DNA of 63,062 bases from Flavobacteriales bacterium UBA6772 (GTDB lineage: Bacteria; Bacteroidota; Bacteroidia; Flavobacteriales; UBA7430): NCBI GenBank assembly GCA_905182215.1, contig CAJJAI010000002.1:1-63062 (forward strand), given 5' to 3'. Position numbers and translations under genes: made by a program. Each line of letters starts with the position of its first letter. Within the stretch, counting starts at the first letter, position 1. The notes under the pieces were generated by a model, which saw only the letters and a program-made list of their open reading frames with translations, ran no database searches and was not told the DNA's origin. Below, piece after piece: positions 39,467 through 49,685 of the stretch.

Positions 39467-40689
39467 TGAAGATGATTTTTAAAATGGCCTGGCGTAATAT
39501 CTGGCGCAATAAGCGCAGAAGTATTATTACAATTTCTTCTATTTTTTGCGCAGTATTCTTTGCTGTTTTTGCACGTTCATTTCAAATTGGTGTTTACAAT
39601 AAAATGATAGATAGTATGGTGGGGATGTATACCGGCTATCTTCAAATTCATCAAAATGGGTACTGGGAAGAACAGAGCATAGACAACAGCTTTATTCCCG
39701 ATCAAGAAACACTCGATCTAGTTAACAACAATAAATACGTAAGTAATTCAAACGAACGTCTCGAAAGCTTTGCTTTAACAGCCAGGAAAAACCTCTCTAA
39801 AGGTGCCATTGTTATGGGAGTAAACCTCGAAAAAGAAGATGGTTTAATGGATTTGACAAGTAAGTTAACGAGTGGCGAATTCCCGTCAGACACAAGCAGC
39901 TCAATTTTAATAAGCGAGGGCTTAGCAAATTACTACAACATGGCTGTTGGCGATAGTCTAATTTTTTTAGGACAAGGCTATCATGGCGCAAGTGCAAACG
40001 GAATTTATCCGGTTCATGGAATATTAAAATTCTCAATGCCCATATTAAACGAACGATTGGTGTTGATGCCCATTTTAGCAGCACAAGATCTTTACGCAGC
40101 TCCAAATAGATTAACCTCATTAGTCCTTCAAATTGACAAACCATCTCATTTAAACAAACTGCAAAAACAAGTAGCCTCTGAACTTGATTTAGTTCAATAC
40201 GAATTATTAAATTGGAAAGTACTACTCCCAGAATTGGTTCAAACAATTCAAGCAGACAGTGCAGGAGGAATCATCATACTTGGTATATTGTACATGATAA
40301 TTTCTTTCGGAATTCTTGGAACTTTATTAATGATGACCGCAGAACGAATGTATGAGTTTGGTATTCTTATTTCCATAGGCATGCGAAAGGGAAAACTTAT
40401 ATTTACAATGATTTTAGAAAGTTTAATGATGGGATTAATTGCATGCATTCTAGGTATTATAGTTGTAACTCCGGTTCGTTACTATTTTAAAGCATACCCA
40501 ATTAGACTTGGCGGTAAAGCGGCTGAATCTATTGAAGAATATGGTTTTGAACCGGTTATTCAAGCCTCAACACAAATAGACATCGCCTTAAATCATGCCT
40601 CCATTGTAATGCTCATAGTGCTCATTTGTACTTCGTATCCAATATGGAAAATACTTCGTTTACAACCCATTAAAGCCATGCGCACCTAA
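39466..40689 (+). CDS. Type VII ABC permease (MacB/LolC-E/FtsX-like) 1
   Basis: AWRNIWRNKRRS, TM1, large periplasmic domain, three TMs with ERMYEFGILISIGM; TAATG coupling to the upstream gene. Confidence 0.92.
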   Translation: MKMIFKMAWRNIWRNKRRSIITISSIFCAVFFAVFARSFQIGVYNKMIDSMVGMYTGYLQIHQNGYWEEQSIDNSFIPDQETLDLVNNNKYVSNSNERLESFALTARKNLSKGAIVMGVNLEKEDGLMDLTSKLTSGEFPSDTSSSILISEGLANYYNMAVGDSLIFLGQGYHGASANGIYPVHGILKFSMPILNERLVLMPILAAQDLYAAPNRLTSLVLQIDKPSHLNKLQKQVASELDLVQYELLNWKVLLPELVQTIQADSAGGIIILGILYMIISFGILGTLLMMTAERMYEFGILISIGMRKGKLIFTMILESLMMGLIACILGIIVVTPVRYYFKAYPIRLGGKAAESIEEYGFEPVIQASTQIDIALNHASIVMLIVLICTSYPIWKILRLQPIKAMRT

Positions 40690-41906
40690 TGAAAACAATA
40701 CTAAAAATTGCCTGGAGAAATATATGGAGAACCCCAATGCGATCACTAATTGTAATTAGTTCAATAGTAATGGGGATATGGGCAGGAATATTTGTGGTGG
40801 CTTTTAGTTATGGCTTAAACAAACAACGCACACAAAACAGCATCAAAAACTCGATTTCTCATATACAAATTCACCATCCAGAATACCAAAAAGATTACGA
40901 TAGTAAATTTTATCTTAAAGAGCCAGATCTCATAAAGACCACTCTAGATGGAGACAGTACTATAAAAGCCTATGCGTTTCGTTCCTTGCTTAATGGAATG
41001 GTGAGTTCTCCTGTTAAAAGTAGTGGTGTGCGTATTATTGGGGTCAATAAAAATCAAGAAAAAGAACTCACCAGTATTTATGCAGGTCTTGTAAACGGAA
41101 ACTACTTTGAAAGTAAAAGAAGAAATCCTATACTTGTTGGTCAAGCACTTGCCGAAAAGTTGAAAATTAAGGTGCAATCAAAAGTTGTGCTCACTTTTCA
41201 GGATAGTGAAAATAATATTGTTTCGGGTGCTTTTAGAGTTTGTGGAATATTTAAAACACAGTATACTAAACACGACCAAGGGAATGTTTTTATTGAAAAT
41301 AAAGACATTCAAAGACTTCTAAAATCTGAAGAATTTCATCAAGTTGCGCTGCTTTGTAATTCTATAGAACAAGTGGACTCTACTTATAAAAAGCTTAAAA
41401 CTAACTTAACCAACTACGAGGTAAAAGACTGGAAAAGCATTTCGCCGGAGCTGGCCTATGCAGACAAGATTATGGAGTCCTGGCTTTTTCTAATTATGGT
41501 TATTATAATGCTAGCTTTAATATTTGGAATAATAAACACCATGTTGATGGCTATTTTTGAACGACGAAAAGAACTTGGTATGCTAATGGCTATTGGAATG
41601 AATCGCTCGAAAATATTCTTTTTAGTACTTACAGAAACCTTATTTCTATCGATAATTGGAGCTCCAACAGGATTACTTTTAGGAGCTTTAACCATAAAAA
41701 TTACCTCACAAACAGGAATTAACCTAGGCATTATTGCTCAAGGTTTAGAATCTGTAGGACTTAGTGCTATTATCTACCCAGAAATACAGCCGCACTTTTA
41801 CTTATTTATTACGATAATGGTATTTTTATTTACCTTAATAGCAGCAATTTACCCCTCGCGTAAAGCATTAAAACTAAAGCCAACCGAAGCAATTAGAACC
41901 ATCTAA
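40689..41906 (+). CDS. Type VII ABC permease (MacB/LolC-E/FtsX-like) 2
   Basis: AWRNIWRTPMRS, ERRKELGMLMAIGM, YPSRKALKLKPTEAIR; TAATG coupling. Confidence 0.92.
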   Translation: MKTILKIAWRNIWRTPMRSLIVISSIVMGIWAGIFVVAFSYGLNKQRTQNSIKNSISHIQIHHPEYQKDYDSKFYLKEPDLIKTTLDGDSTIKAYAFRSLLNGMVSSPVKSSGVRIIGVNKNQEKELTSIYAGLVNGNYFESKRRNPILVGQALAEKLKIKVQSKVVLTFQDSENNIVSGAFRVCGIFKTQYTKHDQGNVFIENKDIQRLLKSEEFHQVALLCNSIEQVDSTYKKLKTNLTNYEVKDWKSISPELAYADKIMESWLFLIMVIIMLALIFGIINTMLMAIFERRKELGMLMAIGMNRSKIFFLVLTETLFLSIIGAPTGLLLGALTIKITSQTGINLGIIAQGLESVGLSAIIYPEIQPHFYLFITIMVFLFTLIAAIYPSRKALKLKPTEAIRTI

Positions 41907-41907
41907 C

Positions 41908-42591
41908 ATGGAAATAATAAAAACAAATAAGCTTACTAAGATTTACAACAATAACGGCATGAAAGTTTTGGCTGTAAATAACGTGGACTTGAGTATTAAT
42001 GAAGGAGAGTTTACTGCAATAGTTGGCCCATCTGGATCAGGAAAAACAACCTTACTCAATATGATTGGCGGTTTAGACAACATAACGCACGGAAGAGTAG
42101 AAATTTCTGGAACAGACATTAGTACCTTGACTGATAATCAGCTCATTGACTTTAGACTACAAAATATTGGCTTTGTTTTTCAAGCCTATAACTTAATACC
42201 TGTATTAACAGCAAAAGAAAATGTAGAGTTTATTATGCTACTACAAGGTATCTCTGAAAAAGAAAGAAAACTAAGAAGTGAAGAATTATTGAGAGATGTA
42301 GGCTTAGTAGACAAACTTAATGTTAGACCCAATCAGCTATCAGGTGGCCAGCAACAACGAGTAGCAGTTGCTCGCGCTTTAGCCTCAAAGCCAAGTTTTA
42401 TTTTAGCAGACGAACCTACTGCAAATTTAGACAGCAGCTCTACAGCAAATCTTTTAGACATGATGGCAGAAATGAATGAGAAAGAAAAGGTTACTTTTTT
42501 ATTCTCAACTCATGACCAACGGGTTATAGATAGAGCCAAAAGAATTATTACAATTGAAGATGGAAAAATTATAAGTGATGAAAGAACTTAG
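41908..42591 (+). CDS. ABC ATP-binding protein (LolD-like)
   Basis: [44 protein letters not shown]. Confidence 0.95.
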   Translation: MEIIKTNKLTKIYNNNGMKVLAVNNVDLSINEGEFTAIVGPSGSGKTTLLNMIGGLDNITHGRVEISGTDISTLTDNQLIDFRLQNIGFVFQAYNLIPVLTAKENVEFIMLLQGISEKERKLRSEELLRDVGLVDKLNVRPNQLSGGQQQRVAVARALASKPSFILADEPTANLDSSSTANLLDMMAEMNEKEKVTFLFSTHDQRVIDRAKRIITIEDGKIISDERT

Positions 42592-43699
42592 GAAATTCAT
42601 TTTATTTTTCAGCATAATATCATCGCTTCAGGCACAAACAAGTTTAGAGTACGATTATTATGCAAGTAATTTTAATAGCTTTAATTTCTTAAATAGCGAA
42701 CTCGCCTCACTCACTCAAATTTCTAATACCTGGAACGATCAACAAATTCATTTTCGTTGGAACGGACACCTCTATCAAGGAAAGAACCTAAGTTTACATG
42801 GAAGTATTCGCAACAGACTGTTTGCAGGGTTTACATGGCAAGAGAACCTAAATAATTTTAAAAAACAACTAGACATAGATTTCTTAGACCTGACTTCTAT
42901 TAATACAAAAAACTTGGGTATTCACCACCAGATAGATCGACTATATGGAGAGTGGGAAAAAGGCAAAGTAAATATTAGAATAGGAAGACAAAGAATAAAT
43001 TGGGGAATTCAAAACTATTGGAATTCTCATGATCTTTTCAATCAAATAAATTTCCTAAATTTCGATTATATCGAGAATCCTGGTACCGATGCTATTAGAA
43101 TTCAATACTACCAAGGAAACAATTCTTTTGAAATTGCTCTTAATTCAAAAATCCATGCAGGTTTGTATAAGTTTAACTTATATAAATACGACTTTCAAAT
43201 TCTTTTAGCAAAGTATTACGAAGACTACTCGATTGGTTTTGGTTGGGCTGGACAAATAAAAAATGCTGGTTTTAAAGGAGAGTTTAACTATTTTATGAGT
43301 TCAGAAGAAACTGCAGATGCATTGGTGGGTAGCCTTAGTTTTGATTATAGTTTCAAAAATGGGATATACCTTAGTACGGGATGCTTGTATAGAAATCAAG
43401 TTGAAGAATTTAATCCTTTAAGCTTATATAGTTTGGATGTATCTGCAAAAAGTCCGATGCCATTTCAATACAATTTCTTGTATCAAATTATCTATCCAGT
43501 TCACCCATTGGTAAAGATAGGCGGAGCTCTTATTCACGATGCGGAGCTAGATATTGTTGTCTTAAACCCACAACTAAGTGTTTCTGTATCCGAATCTTTA
43601 GATTTAATGCTGGGAAGTCAAATGACTTTCCTAAAAATCTTAGACAAATTAGAAGACATTAATCAAATTGCATATACCCGACTTCAATGGAACTTATAA
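42578..43699 (+). CDS. Predicted outer-membrane beta-barrel protein
   Basis: Signal peptide, aromatic-rich alternating strands (IDRLYGEW, IGRQRINWG, FKGEFNYF, SFDYSF), C-terminal RLQWNL; overlaps the ATPase stop. Confidence 0.75.
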   Translation: MKELRKFILFFSIISSLQAQTSLEYDYYASNFNSFNFLNSELASLTQISNTWNDQQIHFRWNGHLYQGKNLSLHGSIRNRLFAGFTWQENLNNFKKQLDIDFLDLTSINTKNLGIHHQIDRLYGEWEKGKVNIRIGRQRINWGIQNYWNSHDLFNQINFLNFDYIENPGTDAIRIQYYQGNNSFEIALNSKIHAGLYKFNLYKYDFQILLAKYYEDYSIGFGWAGQIKNAGFKGEFNYFMSSEETADALVGSLSFDYSFKNGIYLSTGCLYRNQVEEFNPLSLYSLDVSAKSPMPFQYNFLYQIIYPVHPLVKIGGALIHDAELDIVVLNPQLSVSVSESLDLMLGSQMTFLKILDKLEDINQIAYTRLQWNL

Positions 43700-44776
43700 G
43701 GATTCGTTTAAAAACGAATTATATCTGTACATTGCCTCTTCTATTACATTCTCACTAACCGTTTTATTGTAATCTGCTTGGCCTATTTTATTCAATAAAG
43801 TAAAGTTAATTTGAGCTCCGTCACTTTTCTTATCATGACGCATCCACTCTATTAAATCACTAAAGTCTTCTTCTTTAATTGGCTCTAAATTAAAAATTCC
43901 TTTTAAGCTGTCTAGAATTATAGAACACTCTTCTGAAGTAAGACTATTCGTCATTTGTGAAAGAATTGTTTCTACAGCCAAACCTATAGCAACTGCTTCG
44001 CCATGTAATAAATCACCTTTATTTTCTAGCGCATTACTCTCTAATGCATGTCCAATAGTATGGCCAAAGTTTAGGGTTTTACGAATTCCTTTTTCTTCCC
44101 AGTCTTCTAGAACTATAGTGTTTTTAATGGTAATAGATTTCTGTAGTAAGGCGATAAGGAATTCTTCGTTTTGCAAATCCATTCCTGATAAAAAAGTCCA
44201 ATAATCGGCATCAGCTATTAAAGCGTGTTTTAAAACCTCTGCCAAACCACTCAACCAATGACGCTCTGGAAGTGTGTTTAAGAATTTTGGATCTACCAAT
44301 ACGATATCTGGATTTCTAAAAAGGCCAATTTGATTTTTATGCGCACCTAAATCAACTGCCAACTTACCTCCTATTGAGGCATCAACTTGAGCTAAAAGTG
44401 TAGTTGGGATATGAAAAAATTTAATTCCTCTTTTGTATAATGAAGCAATCATTCCACCCATGTCGCAGACTACACCACCACCTAAATTTACAAAAATTGC
44501 TTTTCTATCCGCTTTAGACTCCCCTATAGTTTCCCAAACTTCCTGGCAAATAGAAAGTGTCTTGTTATGCTCTCCAGACTCTATCTCTATAAGCTCCGAA
44601 CCTATAAGCATAGGGACTTGACCAATAAGGTGTGGTAGGCAATGTTTTGCAGAATTCTCATCGCAAAAAATGAAAATATTAGAATATTCACCTTGACAAT
44701 CCTCGAGGATACTATTAAAGTCCTCCAAAACATCCTTACCTATATATACTGAGTAGTTATTAGATTTTACTTCCAC
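43694..44776 (-). CDS. aroB: 3-dehydroquinate synthase
   Basis: GGGVVCDMGG, PTTLLAQVDASIGGK, LNFGHTIGHALE, HGEAVAIG; GTG start at 44776 downstream of -7 box 44802-44809. Confidence 0.97.
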   Translation of the reverse strand: MEVKSNNYSVYIGKDVLEDFNSILEDCQGEYSNIFIFCDENSAKHCLPHLIGQVPMLIGSELIEIESGEHNKTLSICQEVWETIGESKADRKAIFVNLGGGVVCDMGGMIASLYKRGIKFFHIPTTLLAQVDASIGGKLAVDLGAHKNQIGLFRNPDIVLVDPKFLNTLPERHWLSGLAEVLKHALIADADYWTFLSGMDLQNEEFLIALLQKSITIKNTIVLEDWEEKGIRKTLNFGHTIGHALESNALENKGDLLHGEAVAIGLAVETILSQMTNSLTSEECSIILDSLKGIFNLEPIKEEDFSDLIEWMRHDKKSDGAQINFTLLNKIGQADYNKTVSENVIEEAMYRYNSFLNESL

Positions 44777-44877
44777 AAAACAATTGTTAATTAGTAAAAA
44801 ACAAAGATATAAAAGCAATGTTTAACAGCTTTAATAGCTTGCTATTTTATTTATATTTGCAGCACTAAAGTGAAATT

Positions 44878-46041
44878 ATGGTATCGTTTAACAACACTGA
44901 AATAGCTTTTCGTTCTAAATCGAATGCAAAGTTAAGAAAAGCCTATTATTTATTTAAATTAATGGGTAAGCCTACTCTAGCTTCTGCTGGAGGTAAGCTA
45001 GCCGAACTTGCTTTTTCGCTACGTCTTCCGATAGGAGGGATTATCAGAAAAACCGTTTTCCAACAATTTTGTGGGGGCGAAAGTATGGAGCAATGTGCGT
45101 TAAAGATTGAAGAACTTGCAGTATCAAACGTAAAAACTATTTTAGATTATTCGGTTGAAGGAAAAGCTTCTGAAAAGGATTTTAACCGAACAATGAAGCA
45201 AACCTTAGCTTCGTTAGATTTCGCACATAAAAACGAGAACATTCCCTTTGCCGTTTTTAAAATTACTGGTGTTGCACGTTTCGGCCTTCTAGAAAAGGTG
45301 AATTATGGGAAAACACTTACTGAAACAGAAGAACAGGAATACGATAGAGCTTTACACAGAATAAGTAAAATTTGTAAGAAAGCTGCGCAATTTAAAATTC
45401 CTGTGATGATAGATGCAGAGGAAAGTTGGATTCAAGATGCCATTGATGGGATTGTAGAAGACATGATGAAAGTCTATAATAAAGAGGCTGCTATTATATA
45501 CAATACGCTACAGATGTACCGCCACGATCGCTTAGATTATTTTAAGCGTATTCACCAAGACTCTAAGCACAATGGTTATTTCTTGGGAATGAAATTGGTG
45601 AGAGGTGCTTATATGGAAAAGGAAAATGAACGTGCCCTAAAAAATGGATACGAAACTCCTATACAAGCCAATAAAGATGCGAGTGATACCGATTACGATG
45701 CTGCCTTAAAATATGCCTGCGAAAATATTCATGGCATTTCTATATGTGCAGGTACGCACAACGAGAAGAGTTCTTTACAGTTAATTAAGCTGATGGAATT
45801 GTATGAGATTGAAAAAAACGATCCGAAAGTGTACTTCGCTCAACTCTTGGGTATGAGCGACCACATAAGCTTTAACCTTGCCGAAGATGGTTTTAATACC
45901 GTTAAATATGTACCCTACGGACCTGTAAAAGACGTACTTCCTTACCTTATTCGTAGAGCAGAAGAAAACACTTCTATTGCTGGACAAACAGGAAGAGAAT
46001 TGAATTTAATTCAAGCGGAGATTAAACGTAGAAAAAAGTAG
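44878..46041 (+). CDS. Monofunctional proline dehydrogenase
   Basis: QFCGGE, MIDAEE, KLVRGAYMEKE, GTHN, QLLGMSD, KYVPYG, YLIRRAEEN; -7 box TATATTTG at 44852-44859. Confidence 0.95.
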   Translation: MVSFNNTEIAFRSKSNAKLRKAYYLFKLMGKPTLASAGGKLAELAFSLRLPIGGIIRKTVFQQFCGGESMEQCALKIEELAVSNVKTILDYSVEGKASEKDFNRTMKQTLASLDFAHKNENIPFAVFKITGVARFGLLEKVNYGKTLTETEEQEYDRALHRISKICKKAAQFKIPVMIDAEESWIQDAIDGIVEDMMKVYNKEAAIIYNTLQMYRHDRLDYFKRIHQDSKHNGYFLGMKLVRGAYMEKENERALKNGYETPIQANKDASDTDYDAALKYACENIHGISICAGTHNEKSSLQLIKLMELYEIEKNDPKVYFAQLLGMSDHISFNLAEDGFNTVKYVPYGPVKDVLPYLIRRAEENTSIAGQTGRELNLIQAEIKRRKK

Positions 46042-46054
46042 TAAAATCTGAGAA

Positions 46055-46438
46055 TTAGTCACAAGAAGTACAACCTGTCACCTGTAAACTCAATACATTA
46101 GAAAGACTGTCGCAGTCGTCTAATCTAAAACCTGTATAAGACTGATCTTCAACTTCAATTGTGTAAGTACGACACATTCCATCAACATCACTTGCACGAA
46201 AATCTACATCTAAATCGCCGTCTTTAAAAACCTTCTCAAAAGAACTCGCATTAAGTCCTAAACAAGTAAGCTGACACATAGCTTTATCGGAAATACTGAA
46301 ATTTTGAGCACGTAAATGTTTTACAGTACGGGCATTGGGGAAATAGGAAAAATCTATATCTCTATCGCCAAAAAACATAATGGAAGCTGCAATTCCAAGT
46401 CCAACACCCACTAAGTATAAAAATATTCTTCTTAACAT
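46055..46438 (-). CDS. Small membrane-anchored hypothetical protein (DUF4258-like)
   Basis: N-terminal TM, YFPNART, KAMCQLTC, paired Cys; last gene of porX-tsaE-ald. Confidence 0.7.
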   Translation of the reverse strand: MLRRIFLYLVGVGLGIAASIMFFGDRDIDFSYFPNARTVKHLRAQNFSISDKAMCQLTCLGLNASSFEKVFKDGDLDVDFRASDVDGMCRTYTIEVEDQSYTGFRLDDCDSLSNVLSLQVTGCTSCD

Positions 46439-46448
46439 GCTCTTAAAT

Positions 46449-47660
46449 TTAAAGCCCCAAAAGTAGTCTTATTTCTTTGTACGGCAACTCAAACCAGCCA
46501 CCAATACCCTTGTTTGTAATAATTCCATTGTACACGTAAACCCCGCCTCTAATATTAGGCGAACGTAACAACATTCCTTGAACTCCACCGCCATCGCCCA
46601 CTTTCAATAAAATTGGGGCCAAAATATTACTAAGCGAATAAGAAGCTGTTTTTGCTGAGCGCGAAGCTATATTAGGTACACAATAATGGATTACATCGTG
46701 TTTAGTAAAAGTGGGTATTTCATGGCTTGTAATCTCTGAAGTTTCAAAACAGCCACCTTGATCAATACTCACATCAACAATTACCGACTTAGGCTTCATC
46801 ATCTGCACCATCGCGTCTGTTATTACGCAGGGAGTTCTACCGCTTTCGGCACGCAAAGCACCAATGGCTACATCGGCTCTTTTTAAAGCTTTTTCTAATA
46901 CTTTAGGTTGTAGAATAGAAGTTGCAACTCGTAAATTTAAATCCGTTTGAATTCTTCGTAGTCTCGCAATAGAATTATCGAAAACTTTTACCGAAGCTCC
47001 AAGAGCCATGGCAGATCGGGCTGCATATTCTGCAACCGTTCCTGCACCAATAATCACCACTTGCGTGGGACTGACTCCAGCAATACCACCCATAAGCACA
47101 CCTCTACCACCGGCAGAAGTACTTAGCAATTCGGCGGCAATCAAAATAGAAGAGGTTCCAGCAATCTCGCTCATAGAACGAACTATAGGAAAGGAGCCTG
47201 TTTCATCTTGAATATAATCGAAAGCTACAGCAGTAACTTTTTTTTCCATTAATTTTTTAAAGTAAGTAGCCGTTTGTGTTTTTAACTGAAGTGCCGAAAT
47301 TAAACACTGATTGTGTTTAAAATAATCCAATTCGCTTATACTAGGTGGCTCAACCTTAAGGATGATATCTGCCTGATAAACCTCTTTTACATCGTAACAA
47401 ATTTTCGCGCCCGAATCGGAATATTCTTTATCCGTAAAAGAACTAGATACTCCAGCATTGGTTTCAATGTAAACTTTATGTCCATTACTCACTAACAAGG
47501 CTACAGCGCCAGGAACTAAAGGAACTCTATGTTCCTGAAAAGCCCTTTCTTTTGGAATACCGATGAACAATGCTTGTTTTTTTGTCGCTAGCTCCAGCAT
47601 TTCTGGCTGAGGCATTAAAAATTCATCGTGTAAAAAACTAAGGATATCGGGCTTACTCAT
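46449..47660 (-). CDS. ald: Alanine dehydrogenase
   Basis: IGIPKE, EHRVPL, MSEIAG, IIGAGTV, DVSIDQGGCFETS, HYCVPN. Confidence 0.93.
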   Translation of the reverse strand: MSKPDILSFLHDEFLMPQPEMLELATKKQALFIGIPKERAFQEHRVPLVPGAVALLVSNGHKVYIETNAGVSSSFTDKEYSDSGAKICYDVKEVYQADIILKVEPPSISELDYFKHNQCLISALQLKTQTATYFKKLMEKKVTAVAFDYIQDETGSFPIVRSMSEIAGTSSILIAAELLSTSAGGRGVLMGGIAGVSPTQVVIIGAGTVAEYAARSAMALGASVKVFDNSIARLRRIQTDLNLRVATSILQPKVLEKALKRADVAIGALRAESGRTPCVITDAMVQMMKPKSVIVDVSIDQGGCFETSEITSHEIPTFTKHDVIHYCVPNIASRSAKTASYSLSNILAPILLKVGDGGGVQGMLLRSPNIRGGVYVYNGIITNKGIGGWFELPYKEIRLLLGL

Positions 47661-47662
47661 AG

Positions 47663-48085
47663 TTAGGAATTAGATTCTATTAGGGTAAATATACGCTTAT
47701 TAGAATCGGTCTCGATATGAATTTCTAATAGATCTTCGGGTAACAGATTTTTAATCTTCTCAGGCCATTCTATAAAACAATAGGCATCGGAATACAAATA
47801 TTCCTCGTAGCCCATATCAAAAGCCTCCTGTTCAGACTTTATTCTGTAAAAATCGAAATGATATACGCATTGTGCAGTCGTAGTTCGATACTCGTTTACT
47901 ATAGAATAAGTTGGACTGCAAATGTCAGATTTATCAACGCCTAAATGCACACACAATACTTTTATAAAAGTTGTTTTACCGGCACCCATATCGCCATAAA
48001 ATGCAATTATTTTCTGAGGATAAGCATCCATTATTTTGGCTGCTATTACAGGTAAATCGTCTAAAGAATTTGCTGTTAGTTTCAT
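47663..48085 (-). CDS. tsaE: tRNA t6A biosynthesis ATPase TsaE
   Basis: GDMGAGKTT, SPTYSIVNEY, HFDFYR, IEWPE. Confidence 0.97.
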   Translation of the reverse strand: MKLTANSLDDLPVIAAKIMDAYPQKIIAFYGDMGAGKTTFIKVLCVHLGVDKSDICSPTYSIVNEYRTTTAQCVYHFDFYRIKSEQEAFDMGYEEYLYSDAYCFIEWPEKIKNLLPEDLLEIHIETDSNKRIFTLIESNS

Positions 48086-49636
48086 TTATTTTGAAGACAA
48101 TCGAACAAAAGGACAAATCATTTCTTCTAAAGAAATACCTCCATGTTGGTAGGTATCTTTAAAATATTTTACAAAATGATTGTAATTATTCGGGTACGTT
48201 AAAAACACATTTTCTTTGGCAAAGATATAACTTGAAGTAAGATTTGCAGCAGGTAAAAAGTACTGTTCTGGATCTTCTACAACCATCACGTCTTTAGTTT
48301 GATACTGCAATCGCTTCCCTGTTTTATATCTCAAATTAGAAGAAGTTTCTTTATCTCCTATTACTTGCGAAGGCACACCAACATTAATAGTTCCATGATC
48401 AGTTGTGATAAATAAATCTGCTCCTGCTACAGAAATTTTCTTTAACATTTCTAGTAGAGAAGAATTCTCAAACCACGTTTTGGTTAAAGCTCTATAGGAT
48501 TTATCCGTTCCTGCCAATTCACGAATCATGTCCATTTCTGTTTTGGCATGAGAGAGCATATCGACAAAATTATACACGATTACATTTAAATCGTTCTTCA
48601 TCAGGTTATTAAATTGAGTCACCAATCTATCACCGTATTGTTTTTGCACCACTTTATGATAGCTGTGTTTTTTATCGCCGAGTCCAAGTCGCTGTAATTG
48701 ATCTTCTAAAAACTCAGCTTCGTGTAAATTCTTTCCACCTTCTTCATTATCATTTTTCCATAAATGAGGAAAACGCTTAGAAATACCAAGAGGAGTTAAG
48801 CCAGAAAAAATTGAATTTCGAGAATATTGTGTTGCCGTCGGAAGAATACTACAGAAAGTTGTTTCTTCTTCAACTTTAAACCACTCCTCAATTATGGGTT
48901 GAAGAATCTTCCACTGATCGTAGCGAAGGTTATCGATTAAAATAAAAAAGCTAGGTTTATAATCTTTGAGATGAGGAAGAACCTTTTGTTTGAATAAAGT
49001 ATGAGAAAGCACTGGTTTATCTTCGCTTTCTTTCAACCACGATTCGTAATTATTTTTTACATATTTAAAAAATTGAGAATTGGCTTCACTCTTCTGCATT
49101 TCAAGGATTTCTACCATTCCAGAAGCATCTATTTTATCGAGTTCCACTTCCCAGTGCACCAATTTTAAATAAATTTCTTCCCAATCTTTTAGGCTGCGCA
49201 CATCCATTAAGGCCATGCTAATTTCTCTAAATTCTTTTTGATATTTAGAGGTTACAGACTGATTAACCAAACGCTTAGAGTCTAAAGTCTTTTTTAAAGA
49301 AAGTAGAATTTGGTGCGGGTTAACGGGTTTTATTAGATAATCGGCTATTTTAGAGCCTAAAGCCTCTTCCATTATATATTCTTCTTCACTTTTGGTAATC
49401 ATAACCACAGGAATAGAATACTGTTCGTAGATTCTATTTAAAGTCTCTAAACCAGAAATACCCGGCATATTTTCGTCTAAAAAGATAATATCGAAATCAG
49501 ATTCATCGATCATCTCGAGAGCATCTTCTCCGTTATTAGCAGTAGATAAATCGTAGCCTTTACTTTCTAAAAACAATATATGAGGCTTCAACAAATCAAT
49601 CTCGTCATCCACCCAAAGGATTCTTACTTTTTCCAT
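48086..49636 (-). CDS. porX: T9SS response regulator PorX (REC + PglZ/alkaline-phosphatase-like domain)
   Basis: ILWVDDE, FLDENMPG, IDNLRYDQW, LPTATQYSRN, TTDHG, TYQHGGISLEEM. Confidence 0.93.
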   Translation of the reverse strand: MEKVRILWVDDEIDLLKPHILFLESKGYDLSTANNGEDALEMIDESDFDIIFLDENMPGISGLETLNRIYEQYSIPVVMITKSEEEYIMEEALGSKIADYLIKPVNPHQILLSLKKTLDSKRLVNQSVTSKYQKEFREISMALMDVRSLKDWEEIYLKLVHWEVELDKIDASGMVEILEMQKSEANSQFFKYVKNNYESWLKESEDKPVLSHTLFKQKVLPHLKDYKPSFFILIDNLRYDQWKILQPIIEEWFKVEEETTFCSILPTATQYSRNSIFSGLTPLGISKRFPHLWKNDNEEGGKNLHEAEFLEDQLQRLGLGDKKHSYHKVVQKQYGDRLVTQFNNLMKNDLNVIVYNFVDMLSHAKTEMDMIRELAGTDKSYRALTKTWFENSSLLEMLKKISVAGADLFITTDHGTINVGVPSQVIGDKETSSNLRYKTGKRLQYQTKDVMVVEDPEQYFLPAANLTSSYIFAKENVFLTYPNNYNHFVKYFKDTYQHGGISLEEMICPFVRLSSK

Positions 49637-49685
49637 AGATATTTAGTACTTTAGTTTTTTTAAAACTTGAATAAAATTAATACAA

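Noticed and set aside
48086-49636. PglZ domain as a sign of a BREX defence system
   Set aside because: It is fused to a receiver domain in the porX-tsaE context; no brxC, pglX or brxL present.
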